The translations under genes were made by a program, and so were the position numbers. This document shows positions 25,101 to 35,500 of a stretch of 64,000 nt of DNA, one piece after another. The stretch's first letter is position 1, and every line of letters starts with the position of its first letter. The DNA comes from Octopus sinensis (taxonomy: Eukaryota). Location of the stretch: contig NC_042997.1 of assembly GCF_006345805.1 (NCBI RefSeq), forward strand, positions 125,860,001 to 125,924,000. Reading direction: 5' to 3'. The notes below the pieces were generated by a model. The model saw only the letters and a program-made list of their open reading frames with translations, did not search any database and was not told the origin of the DNA.

Positions 25101-25522
25101 CCGACACCAGCAGTAGTGGTGGTAGCATTGTTAGTTTTAGTATGAAAAACACTGGGGTTCTGTCGAAGAACCATTTTTAACAGATCAGGGATATCTCCTT
25201 CTATGGCATCACTCGCTAAACTGTCCTTTAATTCAATGTGATCTGTAGAAGTTTGTTTCAGAGCATGAGCAAGCTGCTGAGCTAGTGTTTCATCGTGAGT
25301 CTCAAGTATTTTTCGAGCGTCATCAGCAATTTTCGGATTAAAGAGGAGACTTTTATTGTGCATAGCTGGGGAGAGAGGTGTTGGCAGGGGAAGCTCAGGC
25401 AGTAAGTCTGTAAGACTAGTTACTCCTGCCAATGTTATAATAGGAACACTTGGAATTTCGCCGTTCATCATGCGATTCAATACATCGCTTCTGCTACATG
25501 CCACTACATCTTGAACAACCAT
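19199..25522 (-). CDS. NIPBL: Nipped-B-like protein (NIPBL/Scc2, cohesin loader), single uninterrupted ORF; conserved start probably at 25471/25468 (MMNGEIP)
   Basis: 2107-aa ORF. N-terminus MNGEIPSVPIITLAGVTSLTDLLPELPLPTPL matches the conserved MAU2-binding start of NIPBL. It also has a PxVxL motif (KPIVVL), a basic NLS (RKKRRKRHKR), a HEAT core (DYRPLFENFVQDLLSTVNKPEWPASELLL; RPFAQSFDIYLTQIL; VRTKAMKCL; DTGISVRKRVIKI) and the Nipped-B C domain (GLIHPVQCVPYLI; EPLFIIHQID). Confidence 0.97.
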   Translation of the reverse strand: MVVQDVVACSRSDVLNRMMNGEIPSVPIITLAGVTSLTDLLPELPLPTPLSPAMHNKSLLFNPKIADDARKILETHDETLAQQLAHALKQTSTDHIELKDSLASDAIEGDIPDLLKMVLRQNPSVFHTKTNNATTTTAGVGGNITTTTSTASSSSSSSSSSSSSGSGFDVRGFDSRTAHQNLSQQQSANFIQTRQQQQQQHLLHPQPPHELIQSQQTPLPQYHSGHFTMPYHLNQNNVSPRLQQMQSDSSPRYPTNSQYSSHANFLSPNLYQQQQQQQQFQHFAQNQRFDQNTVSPPLAAVAEHINLDVLSPPESAGSAYSCKRRTSSAKSTLGPKCSDSFESKPSPECMNICPDMSGRRKSGSDNMSLHQLQFGLQGDSASCSGDFHQSSRLPASFTATASSSCVEADMELCKRRTRNMSSEKTDKAKQCPPYPMVLQEDYLLQQQQQQRQIKPEDVEEISFSKQVDLLVAKNSKPIVVLELLDAKTLQSVVSGGRIRTDCDTMKKIKSTKRLYSSDEEEEMDESARKKRRKRHKRMNQRALSSEELFDSPTFRKFAQSVEYVFDSAEEIDFGSLDPNDDDTECPPESLIARQVLAEICGEAAKLKAQKVTNQIPSDKLVKLLTILQWNVRDGVKLAPNIRPEEDEDEDDEESVMWREMMMERVMRSMDASLAALYIITAPEMPKQVYLDDVIERIILFGKWQLQNTIYPEFDPVYKIDPHAKGGYQGNLKSKRARTHSVKHKATITLYNKLCELIKALSELLHIQELTDTVILQVSTLSVSPFFVENISEMQLNSMKLVTNIFCKYDKHRQLILEDIFASLARLPSTKRNLRNYRLNADESIQMVTALALQLIQCVIKLPSPKSVESEICIDEKPVADKKALEKKKREADDDVIIVTSYETAMRTGYNFLSVFLKKCTAKSEDDYRPLFENFVQDLLSTVNKPEWPASELLLSLLGRILVQQFSNKSTDMSLRVASLEYLGIVAARLRSDAVTSQTNPEMIEEIISKIDNEVTEENDFKKEGNTESLDEIKQTQSLQKAMLYYLAENGQSDPALLFARQFYIAQWYRDLTVEAEKLQKKVSQLKEEDEDERAEEVNQTLEIAEKGKTFLMTIIEVPNKPANNMRQLQCRLDAEDSCLVARYLSSKRPFAQSFDIYLTQILRVLSETAVAVRTKAMKCLTAVVEADPGILARDDMQRGVHGRFLDQSTSVREAAVELVGKFILIKPELIPKYYDMLCDRILDTGISVRKRVIKIFKDICLGQPDFNKIPEMCVKMIRRVNDEEGIKKLVNEVFQMMWFCPLREKDSSRLLRRVVNITEVVAACKDSGLEFFEHLLENLLKKDDDGHYNKSALLASQQIVNCLVENVMSLEEKSVDGDNTSHPQRLIACLTTLHLFSKIKPDLMVQHAITLQPYLNIRCNTQGDVMVLHFVARILEMVVPLMDHPSETFLAQLEEDMMKLILKHGMMVLQSCVSCLGAVVNNVSHNYRLVKDCFQKFFGVLSKLMADHKENSNNPTLQKRRPTLLRSLFTVGLLCRHFDFDSKEMGETKAKVPIKDRVFDVLYYFIEHEDEEVRVKALTGLGFMCVRHYEYMLGKTLKGLYYYLFTNSEASIKLKIQALRNLHSYLVEEETKMIIADAEWRKQCKAEDLRDMGDLQSGMASTIIQVYLKQVLESFICANFQVRQSALDIIQLVLRQGLIHPVQCVPYLITMGTEIDPSVRVRSDQQLQDIDKKYPGFIHMKALQGVKMSYKFQSIIQDPSEPVRGLRTQDAVHLSLNAFLYTVLRANRTYRRALLTSLLNLFDDSARASLEELLYIADNLAFFAYQSQDEPLFIIHQIDIIVSVSGSNLLQSFKECLLPRKDIDRKKGETFDDEDDEEIESIMERLPENVMPLQEICRISQGCVLLLVLKQHLKELYGFTDTKVHRYSPAEAAKVYDKPLARKYAIDFQPSSTIELLKKKPSDVISDEEKRKLVEEFIDFKHLMLSIDPPDDDDSDDNVKTSPHTKSSVPEGAENHVESKDATEMQVSDKVSDGSDGIKPRSQQQPSFHHTPRNQHYASLLEKKKKIKPSPKLTPKPPVKKKVRKKRRRLSDSEDDGDSDEDPDFIA

Positions 25523-26108
25523 CTTTTAGTATTCCTGCTATGGTAATTCCATCAAATTGGTCCCCAAAATTGTCATTTAAAACACAAACGCAACTGCTGA
25601 CACTGCCCAAAAACTGGTTCTTCGTTAATGGCATAAAGACAATTTTCACTCACTGAGCTTTTGAAAAAATTCTGTTGAAAGTATTGTTGTACTTGGCACT
25701 TCACTGATTTTTGACAGTTTAAAACTTGTCATCAATATATACAACTGATTGGCTGGAGTTCAATTTTTGTTTGGAGAGCGGTAGAGAGTTTTAATGTTTC
25801 TGCTTTGTTTTTCGATTAAAATAAATCAGAATCAGAAATGAAAAATAAGGAAGCTTCAGAATAATTCTAGCCAAATTTCTGTTACTTGGAAGTATGAAAG
25901 TTTGATAAAAACATGTGTGATATTTATTCAACGTTTGTTAAGAGTTCAGACAAGAATTTCGTTCAGAGAATCTTCCTTAAAGCAATCTCCTGAGCAACGA
26001 TTTAAAAAGTAAAGGATTTAAAGAGTACAAACTATTTTACTAAACTCTTTATCAATGATATTTTCGTCCTGGTGTGTTTCCATAGTTATCTTTAAAAATA
26101 AGTGTAAG

Positions 26109-27076
26109 CTGGAGGTAGATAAGAGAAAACAGGAAAGTAGGAATTGATTACAACACAAACGGGATTCAAAACAAACCCGATGTCAATGTCGCTGGAGGTT
26201 GCAGGTTCAATCCTGTTATGGTTATATCAAAAATGTAGAAATGCCTAATCCTTTAGTATAACTTTGATCGGCCGGGGACGTTAACAATAGTAAATTTACT
26301 GCTGATATTCCGTGTCCGAGTGAGAAACTATAAAACCATCATCTCCGACTGTGGTCTTACTTCCGGTTTAAGGTCAGCTGAAGCAACTTAATCAGTTCTT
26401 AATTATATTTAGTCAGTTTCTTATTTCGGGACGTTTATTTATTTATTTAATGCTGCTACTACAACTTCTAGTGGTGATGGTGGTGACAGTGATAGGTGAA
26501 TTTTACTTAGTCCGTGATTAAGTGAGATCGATTTCAAGACACGTTATATCCGAATGGAATAAGAACGGAACTGACATATAAACATTAATCTCTCCTCACA
26601 ACTTTAGGAGATATAATAAACTATAAAACACGTTGGTAGAGAATAAAAAACGAGGATGATACAGATAAAATGTCTCCAAAAATGAGAGGAAATTGTTATT
26701 TGAAAAGAGAGATCAGGGTATCCCGGCATAAGTCTTTGATAGGACGTATGTTACATACTTGTAAATATCAATTCAACTGAGAACGATGGGAAGGAGGAGG
26801 GGGGATTGCACTGTTGAGTATTTTAGATGTTTATATATAATATATATACGTGTGCGTGTGTATATGGATTTGGTATGTGGAAACGGAGAAGATAATCAGT
26901 GTTTCGATTCTGGAGGTCGTAGTGGTCGATTGTAATATTCCTAGTGCGATTAAACTACATTGGTCCGTTTGTAGCGTTTTCTTTTAAACAGAAGATCAAA
27001 TAATGTCGGTGGATAGAAGCAAAACAGAGTGTCAGGAGAAAAAGACAACAATTATTGAGAAATGAGAAAACATTAC
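26109..27076 (-). other. Candidate 5'UTR intron of NIPBL
   Basis: Minus-strand donor CAG|GTAATG at 27076 and a strong acceptor CTTTCCTGTTTTCTCTTATCTACCTCCAG| at 26109. Motif evidence only. Confidence 0.5.
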
Positions 27077-27289
27077 CTGAGGTCTGTAGCGACAGTTTTT
27101 GTTTGTTTTGTTTTTTTTCTATTGTGTTTGTTGTTAATGAAGAAGTAATAAGTGGCGATGTGTTTGTTTTCGTTCACATCCTCTTCGTTTCATAAACAAA
27201 CACACACACACATATACGCTCACACACAGTCACATTTATAGACTCACAGCCATGTTCACACACACACACGCATACACCGAAGCACTCAC

Positions 27290-28060
27290 ACACACACACT
27301 CTCACTTCTGGCTTTCACATACACAATATGGCGTCGTGGTGGCGGTGTTGGACAATTAAAGAAGAGTTACTGTTTTTAACTTCTTTGCTCTGTTGTGTTT
27401 GGATGTTCCACTTCTGCAGACTTATAAATAAAGAATCTTTTGATAGATATCAATACAGTTTGCAATGAAAACAATAGATTAGACAAATATTCTCCTTGCT
27501 CAGTCTTTTCACTATATTCAGTGTTGATCTGTATAAGAGTGTGTGACACCCTACCAGGTTTTACGGCCTCCACCAAACTCCAAACAATAACAGCAACAAC
27601 AAACAGACATCAAATAGAATAGTTCAGGTTTTAAATCAATAATCAGTCCACATTGTTCCTGTCTAATTCTTCTCATCATCGTTTCGTTAACGTTTCTTCT
27701 TCCTCGTTTTTTGATGTTTTCTTCAAAACTAATGTTGTTAGAATCGCCTATTTTCTGGACTTTGTCCGGGTTCTTCACTTATTATTTCCATTCCTGTAGA
27801 GAAAGTAAACATCCAGGAGTTGGTTGTGTGGTAGGGCTGCAGAGATGGGACGAGCGTTAATTAAAAGATAATGAGAAGATAAAAAGAGCGAGTCGGGTAG
27901 GAGAGACGGTGAGCAGCCATTGTTGACGGTAAGTGGAGAGGTAGAGACAAGGGAGGTAACTAACTCACAGGTGCGCCGTCGAGCTTTGTAGCATGTGCTC
28001 TATGGAGATAAGGACAGAGTTTCTCTTCACAACAATAACATCTAAGATCCCTCTGTGACA
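27290..28060 (-). promoter_or_regulatory. Probable NIPBL promoter/first-exon region
   Basis: Locally CpG-retaining, repeat-free DNA upstream of the CDS. YY1-like motifs (AATATGGCG ~27325 on +; AACAATGGC ~27916-27924 on -). Possible donor GTGAGT at ~27968 and acceptor TTTCTCTACAG at ~27794. Confidence 0.4.
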
Positions 28061-29077
28061 GTTGTTGAGTCTGCTCAAGAAGGATATTAAAGAACTGTCG
28101 AAACGAAAACCTTCCTAAAAAATTTCACTAGCATTTTAAGCCCATAATTATATATATATGTAGTTGTAATTTCATATTGCTTTATTATTTTTCTTATATA
28201 ATAATTTGCGAACCTTCACAATCGCCAGAGCGCCGAAAAAGAGCCCTGGAACATTTAGTCCGGCTCGATAAGTTCGGAGTTCAAATTCCTCCGAAATCGA
28301 TTAACTAAATACCAGTCAAAATAGTTCCGAAGTCGATGGCATTAATTAATGCTCCTCCGTTCAAAATTTGTTGGACGTGTACTTATATTAGAAACTGTTA
28401 TATCATAATAAGAATTCTCTCATTATGTGTTTACTGTGAATTTTTTGGCTTATTCTATTGTCAACATGTGTTCGAAGCTAAGTTTTAAGAACAGTAAAAA
28501 TTTGGTATACTTTGATAGGAGTAGTAACAACTGGAAACACTAATGTGTTGAAGCCGCTAATATATTTTTAAATTAAGAGCAATTACAAATATAACACTGG
28601 GAGCAATTAGAAATAATAAAGCGTATACTGCCTGCTGCACTTCAACAACAGTGTCAGAAGTCTGGTAGTGATGGTCATAAATAAAGTATAGCCATAAACT
28701 GAACTTGAAAACTATTATAAATATTTTCTTTGGTGCCATACCTTATAAATGCATTTTATTTATTGTTATGTATGTGAATCAAGTGTATTTATTTCTAATT
28801 TGATTTTACGGAGGAAATAATGCTATCAGTTGTCTAGCACCGATCCCTAATTCAATCCAACAGTGTGTCACCTTGGGCAAATGTCTTACTTTAGCTTCAA
28901 TTCAACCTAAACCTTGTGAATAAAATGGGTAGGCAATACTAGTGTCTGTGGAATACTCAACCGGTTACACTTATAGTCAGTGAGTGAATAATTCATCTGA
29001 TCAGACTATTAGATCGCTCTCTATGGGAAGCAATGGAGAAGCCAATTGTATGTATGCATACACACACACACATATAC

Positions 29078-29110
<33 letters not shown>

Positions 29111-29289
29111 TACACATGTTGCTTCAGATGGTGAGGTTCCAGTTCTGGAGTTGCAGGAACTGTTGAGTCACCCCTTAATTACTATTAATTATTCCCAGGT
29201 CTATCACTTTTGATGATAAAGCCATAATAAAACTAGCTGCTGTAGAATGAATCAACAGAAAGGTGTCCAAAGTCTGCAATACAGCTGCT

Positions 29290-29590
29290 TAATCCAGAGA
29301 GGGTGGTGTCTTCCAGTTTGCCAAAAGAAATTTGTCCATATGTTTGCATTTGATGAGAATCGCTGATCTAGAATTCAACAGTGCGGTGGAAATCTTAACT
29401 CTAAAAAGGATATGCGCTCTTTCAGCAATGTATAAGTTGCATTTCTTATATTCATTAACATGTGGCATGAATTTTTCTCTGATTTTCCACGGGATTGTAT
29501 ATTGCATGGAGTTGGTCTTCAGAGACCAAATGTGGTAAGCCAACTTAGTGGCTTTACTTTTGTTGATGTACTGGAAAGAAGATCTTACCT
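29290..29590 (-). pseudogene. Penelope-like GIY-YIG endonuclease C-terminal remnant
   Basis: SSFQYINKSKATKLAYHIWSLK...IPWKI...KKCNLYIAERAHIL...LLNSRSAILIKCKHMDKFLL fits the PLE pattern SSF..ST.LS.YIW.LK..I.W.I..C.LC..EK..I..LN.RSE...C.H. Confidence 0.75.
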
Positions 29591-29630
29591 TAATAGAAAA
29601 GTAAACTATACATACATACATATATATATC

Positions 29631-29681
<51 letters not shown>

Positions 29682-29719
29682 TATATATATATTATATATA
29701 TATACACACATATATATAT

Positions 29720-30013
29720 ATGAGCAAAATGCCCCCACGTCCAATGGACAGTGCTGAGTTGTCAAACATTTAAACCAAATTTTCTCAAAACAACTTGTCT
29801 GGCCGTCCCATTTATTCACACAAATATGCACATTTCCGCAGCTTTATCGATCGCATTCTCACCTGGAATCGATTTTTGTAATTTTTTCAAGACTTATACA
29901 CGCCCTGATACAATTGGTATCTACATATCAAATTTGAGCACAATCAGATGGAGGATGCCCGAGATCCTAGAAGACACACACAGAGACAGACAGAACGGAT
30001 TTTATATAATAGA
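29720..30013 (-). mobile_element. Helitron-like fragment; related 5' end at 48750-48850
   Basis: Minus strand starts TCTATTATATAAAATCCGTTCTGTCTGTC. Confidence 0.5.
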
Positions 30014-30016
30014 TAT

Positions 30017-30700
30017 ATCATCATTATCATCATCGTCATCATCATCATTTAACATCCGCTTTCCATGCTGGCATTGGGTGGACAGTTTGACTGGGGACAG
30101 GTGAGCCAGATGGCTGCACCAGGCTCCAATCTGAACTGGCAGAGTTTCTACAGCTGGATGCCCTCAAGGCACTTACACTCTGTCAAGTATGCACACTGAC
30201 ATTACACATCCAGCGGAGCATACTGGCTTCATTCCTTGCAAGCTTACGCATGTCCTCAGCAGTCACGGCCCATGTTTCATGGCTGTTCATACACATGCAT
30301 CATACAGTATACCTTTTACTCTTAGCACGAGGCCCTTTGTCACCAGCAGAGGTAAGAGCTCTCTGAACTTTGCCCAGGCTATTCTTACTCGAGCAGTTAC
30401 ACTTTCAGTACACCCACCCCCGCTACTGACTTGGTCACCTAGATAATGGAAGCTATCAACTACTTCTAGTTTTTCTCCCTGGAATGTGGCGGAAGTTGTT
30501 CTCTGCACATTTTCAGTGCTTACTGTTCCTGATCATCTGCCACATACAAAAACTATCTTCCTAGTTAGCCTTCCTTTGATATTGCTGCACCTCTTATGTG
30601 TCCATAGCTTACACTGGGTACATCTTATAAAGCTTCTACCTACGCCTTTTCTACAGATCGAGCAGGGCCATCTACCTGAAGGGGTTTGTGGTTTGTCTGT
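30017..30700 (-). mobile_element. RTE fragment with Cys-rich insert, joined to RTE 3' tail
   Basis: WPCSICRKGVGRSFIRCTQCKLWTHKRCS; LEVVDSFHYLGD; ARVRIAWAKFRELLPLL; tail (GAT)n at ~30020-30048. Confidence 0.8.
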
Positions 30701-30742
30701 GTTTGTGATATATATATATATATATATAAACGTATATATATT

Positions 30743-31085
30743 AACGTTGTTTACAAGGTAGAAGTAACACAATAGGACCCAAATAGACAACCAAGCATGT
30801 GGAAATATGTGGAGGCAAAGGAAGGCCCCTTCAGAACCCATTTTAATAAACCACAAGTCCTCCTTCAACATCTCAGAGAGACATAACACCACAACCATAC
30901 CATGGAGTACAGATAAAATGGAAGATCCTGGAAAGATGCAAACCATACGTCAATAGCAACAGGAAGTGCAGATTATACCTGTCTGAGAAGAGAGCAATTT
31001 TAAAAGGTACCCAACACCCAGATGTTTACCTGAATAGCAAGAGTGAGGTGTTTAATCCTAGCCCACATGAAAGGAAGTACAATGT
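30743..31085 (+). pseudogene. Penelope-like GIY-YIG endonuclease remnant (frameshifted)
   Basis: Manual translation: NVVYKVEV...WKYVEAKEGPFRTHFN/HKSSFN...IKWKILERCKPYVNSNRKCRLYLSEKRAIL...YLNSKSEVFNPSPH. Confidence 0.7.
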
Positions 31086-31404
31086 ATTGTAGCTATGCAC
31101 TCCACCATGACTGCAATCATGGGTCCCCTGCCTCGACCTTCCACCAAGCCCTCAGACCCAGAAAAAAGAGATTGACCAAAGCCCATACCAATGCACCCAT
31201 GTACACACACACAAGCCTATAAGATGGACATTCAACAAAATAAACTGTCTCCCACCACCCCAACACATACCCATTCACACAAATTGTACGCCCACATATA
31301 CACAGATTTCCCACACATACATTACACATCACACTTACATACCCCCCTCCACCAACCAACAAACACAGCTATATATACCTACATCACCAATAAAATTATA
31401 CATA

Positions 31405-33340
31405 CTAGCAGAGATAACTGCCGTTGCCCGTGTTACAAGCAATTAAAGAATTAGACTTTTCTGTTATATTTTCTGTAATGAACTGGAATACTTATGATTT
31501 GAATTTCATCAAAATTGCACATGAGGGTTCTTTCTGTCTTCACACACCCTAAAAAAATTCTAATTATGACACATGTATCCCATACTACTCATCTTTATGC
31601 ACAGATTCCAAAATTCCAGTCTTATGGAACCTGTTAAAAGGATTTTTGCTCCTGAAAAATGGAATTTCAGGGAGCTCCAAACTGTGGGAGTTAAGGCCCC
31701 TATTGGGGGTGGGTGTCTTAATGTAAACCAGAGAAGTTGAATTGTTGAGAATACATATATGTATTGTTCGAATTTCTTTGAAATAGGAAATATATGTATG
31801 TTCACTGGGTTTGTAAAAGAGAGTAAAGCTACAGGAAACCAAAAGATGAATAAACAGTCAGCTACCCTAACCTACTCGTTACTACTCCCCAATGTAGGAT
31901 TCCTCACCATATAGGTGACAGGCACAGCCATAAGATGCATTACAGATCTATAGCAATTCGAAGGGCATGACCCAACTCAAACATTAACAACTGTGTGATG
32001 TGAGGGCTAAGGGGAAATGAAAGTGTCACTTCTGGAGTTTGTAAATGAACACTATACTGATAGGTAACTGGACAGAATAAATTTACAATCTATAAATGTC
32101 TTTCAATAACCAGTCACTAATCTGGAAAGGCCTTGAAATCAATGTTACCATCTGGGGACATTGTATGACCCAGTGATAATAAAAAGACTCAAAGGAGATC
32201 TGCAATCAAATAACTTTACTCAACACTTTGCAACTGAATCAGTGGAGGCAAAGATGCCTCTCATTTACTTGACAATTTATGCACCACATTGCAGAAATCA
32301 TAATCTAAGTATATCTCAAAGCAAACTCTCACACTGTTGTACCATTGAATTACAAATAATGCTCATCTTTTATGCTTGGGTGACCCTACAGCTTCCAAGA
32401 GTACCATATTCTGAGCGCCTTGTTTCCCTGGGCATGGATTCACTGAAGCTCCGGCGTCTAGCGACGGACTTGGTAAACACCCACAAGGTTATCAACCACC
32501 TCACCAACAACAACACTGAACACCTTTTTGATCTCCATGTGTCTAACACACGTGGACATGCCTACAAAGTCAGTAAACAGCACAGCTCCCATGACTTTCG
32601 GAAACATTTTTTCACGCTCAGGGTTGCTGAAGCGTGGAATAAACTGCCTGCATCAGTTGTTGACTGCCATGACACTGCATCCTTTAAGGCCCTCATGCTT
32701 CCCGAAATCCGTCGAAACTACACCTGATTATATATACACTTTAGATGAGTTGTAGTGCACCTGAGCACTGTACACATTATTATTATTATTATTATTTAAT
32801 TGTATTCGTCTTTGCTTAGATAAAATGACTAAATTGTGGATGTTAAGTCCCCATTAAGGGGTCTTTCTAACTTCTAAGAGATGAAATTTTAGAAATATTA
32901 GTTCATTTGTGTTTAATATCTATGGTTAAAATTTCATCAACAGCACAAATATATGAATTTTCATGGGGGTTATGGCACTTATGCATAGAATATAATTTCC
33001 AAATTTCATAAAGATCCATTCCATACTTTTGACCTAGTTTTGGATCATAAAAAATGACTAAAATATGGGTGTTAAGATCCCCATTAGGGAGTCTTAGAAT
33101 CCTCAAGAGAAATGGTAACTTTGAGAATACTTCTTGATGTGTGTCAATTACCCATGGTTAAAATTTCATCAACATCGAAAATTTATGAATTTTCATGGGG
33201 GTTCTGCCCCCTTTAAGCCATCTCAAATTCAAACCAAACATACTGCATTATACCTGCCCTTATGCATTGAATCTAAGTTCCAAATATCATAAGGATCCAT
33301 TCAATAATTTTGGTCCATGAAATTGTATGAAACACACAGC
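31405..33340 (-). mobile_element. Larger decayed Helitron-like element with internal repeats and nested CR1
   Basis: ACTAGCAGAGATAACTGCCGTTGCCCGTG at ~31404 (CTAG end plus hairpin); repeated ATGGTTAAAATTTCATCAAC...GAATTTTCATGGGGGTT blocks at ~32920 and ~33155. Right boundary uncertain. Confidence 0.45.
32385..32795 (+). mobile_element. 5'-truncated CR1 3' end, same family as 37109
   Basis: PYSERLVSLGMDSLKLRRL...NTRGHAYKV...FRKHFFTLRVAEAWNKLP, stop at 32727, short 3'UTR, (ATT)n tail. Confidence 0.85.
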
Positions 33341-33419
33341 ATTACCCTTCTCCCATAACAACAGGTAGCTCACTATCTTACCTATGGACATGCCCAGAAT
33401 CATGCAGACAAAATTTCCA

Positions 33420-33771
33420 GTGACAATCGTTGCCAGAGCGACTATCTAGCCTCTGTGCCGGTGGCACGTAAAAGACACCATTCAAGCATGATCGTTACCA
33501 GCATCGCCTTACTGGCATCTGTGCCGGTGGCATATGTAAATGATTTGAGCAAGGTCATTGCCAGTACTGCCTGACTGGCCCCATGTCGGTGGCACGTAAA
33601 AGCACCCACTACACTCTCAGAGTGGTTGGCGTTAGGAAGGGCATCCAGCTGTAGAAACTCTGCCAGATCAAGATTGAAGCCTGGTGCAGCCATCTGGTTC
33701 GCCAGACCTCAGTCATTCGTCCAACCCATGCTAGCATGGAAAGCGGACGTTAAATGATGATGATGATGATG
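33420..33771 (+). mobile_element. RTE 3'UTR copy
   Basis: Tandem GTGCCGGTGGCAC units, GAAGGGCATCC motif, (GAT)n tail. Confidence 0.75.
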
Positions 33772-34350
33772 AATCAAGGTCTACAGTGTTGTCAGCAGTG
33801 AAGGTGACACCATACCACTCCACTTCTTCCCTGAGAGGCCTAGGCTGAACATCATTTGCTACACCTGTGTTCTGGATGAGGTGGTAAGGCCCTGGATCAA
33901 CAGAGTAGCTGCTGGGAGGCCATACATGCAGCAGCATGACTCTGCGCCCTGCAAAAACCAGCCAGAAGACCCAGGCCTGGCTATCAAAGAATTTCTTCAA
34001 TCACACAATACCTGACATTTGATCTCTCAACTTGTCTGATTGCAACCCCATCGACTTCTTTGTGCAGGGGCATGGTGGAATGAGAGACCAACAAATCTAG
34101 CTGCAACATAAAGGACAAGCTGTGGGTTAGGATTACCAGGTCCTCATGAACCTAAAACAGGAGAGAGTGACGAAGGCCCGTGGCGGGTTCCAAGGTTGCC
34201 TGGAGGCTGCCATCAAGGTCAGAGGTGGATTCAGTGAGTGAGATTGATAGAACATGTCATGAAGACAAACTTATCCAAATTTATATCTAAAAAAATAATA
34301 ACACTGTTTGATTTTTCCCTGAGACAGTCATCATGTGAACAACCCCTATA
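33772..34350 (+). mobile_element. maT/DD37D-type transposase remnant
   Basis: VLDEVVRPWINRVAAGRPYMQQHDSAPC...DCNPIDFFV; homologous to 56602-56871. Confidence 0.65.
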
Positions 34351-35036
34351 TATGGCCACACCCTATGTATGAGAAATAAGGATAAACACAAATTTATATT
34401 GTAGTTCCTATGCACATTTCATTGAATCTTTCTCATTAAATTCTACTTAAATTTAACTTTCATACTAATTACTCTTTTACTTGTTTCAGTAATTTGATTG
34501 TGGCCATGCTGGAGCACTGCCTTTAGTCAAGCAAATTGACCCTAGGACTTATTCTCTGTAAGCTTAGTACTTATTCTATCGGTCTCTTTGTCGAACTGCT
34601 AAGTTATGGGGACATAAACACACCAGCATCGGTTGTCAAGCGATGTTGGGGGGAACAAAACACACACACACACACTGCTTAGAGTATCACAATAGCAGTT
34701 CCAAGTACATTTAGATGCTCAACCATAACAGATCATCTAAGAATTCTTTATTGCATTAAGTTACAATAATCCATTGTGGCTGAACATTTAAATGCACTTG
34801 AAATATTTGTTGTAAGTCTCCAAACAACGATAATGGTGAAATTATGCATAGGTATTATAATATAAACTTGTGTTTATCCTTATTTCTCCTACATTTACTC
34901 TGCAGCTCATAACTACTCAGTATAGTAGTTACTTAATAACTATTACAGCAAGCAGATTAGGTTATGATAACATACATGGAGTTCTAAACATAAGAGTAAC
35001 AGTCAAACATCTATTTGTTCACACAATTGAAAAGAC

Positions 35037-35500
35037 CCATCAAACCAAGTGAAATTGTAGTCCTGGCCAATGCTGATGTCACATAATTGGTACCTGTGCT
35101 GGTGGCACATAAAAAGCACCTTTCAAGCATTGGGCCTCATGGAGGCAAAGTGGCCGATGTTGATGGCATGTGAAAAGCTCCTTACAAGTGTTGGGCCTCA
35201 CAGAGGTAATGACAAATGACCAAGACCTTTGGCATTATGTAGTGCTTGAGGAGAAGACCCATCAAGCCAAGTGAAATCATAATGATTGCAGATATTGGTG
35301 TCATGCAAATGGCATCCATACCGGAGGCATGTAAAAGCACCCATTACACTCTCGGAGTGGTTGGCATTAGGAAGAGCATCAAGCCATAGAAACCATGCTA
35401 AATCAGACTGGGGTCACGTACAGCCTTCCAGCTTGCCAGCCCTGGTCAAACCATCCAACTCATGCCAGCATGGACAACAAACATTAAATGATGATGATGA
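35037..35500 (+). mobile_element. RTE 3' end flanked by a 25-bp direct repeat (TSD)
   Basis: TATTTGTTCACACAATTGAAAAGAC at 35012-35036 and 35533-35557; contains the LGLTEVMTNDQDLW remnant. Confidence 0.75.

Noticed and set aside
19303-25656. Short ORFs overlapping or antisense to NIPBL
   Set aside because: Expected by-products of a long CDS; no recognisable motifs.
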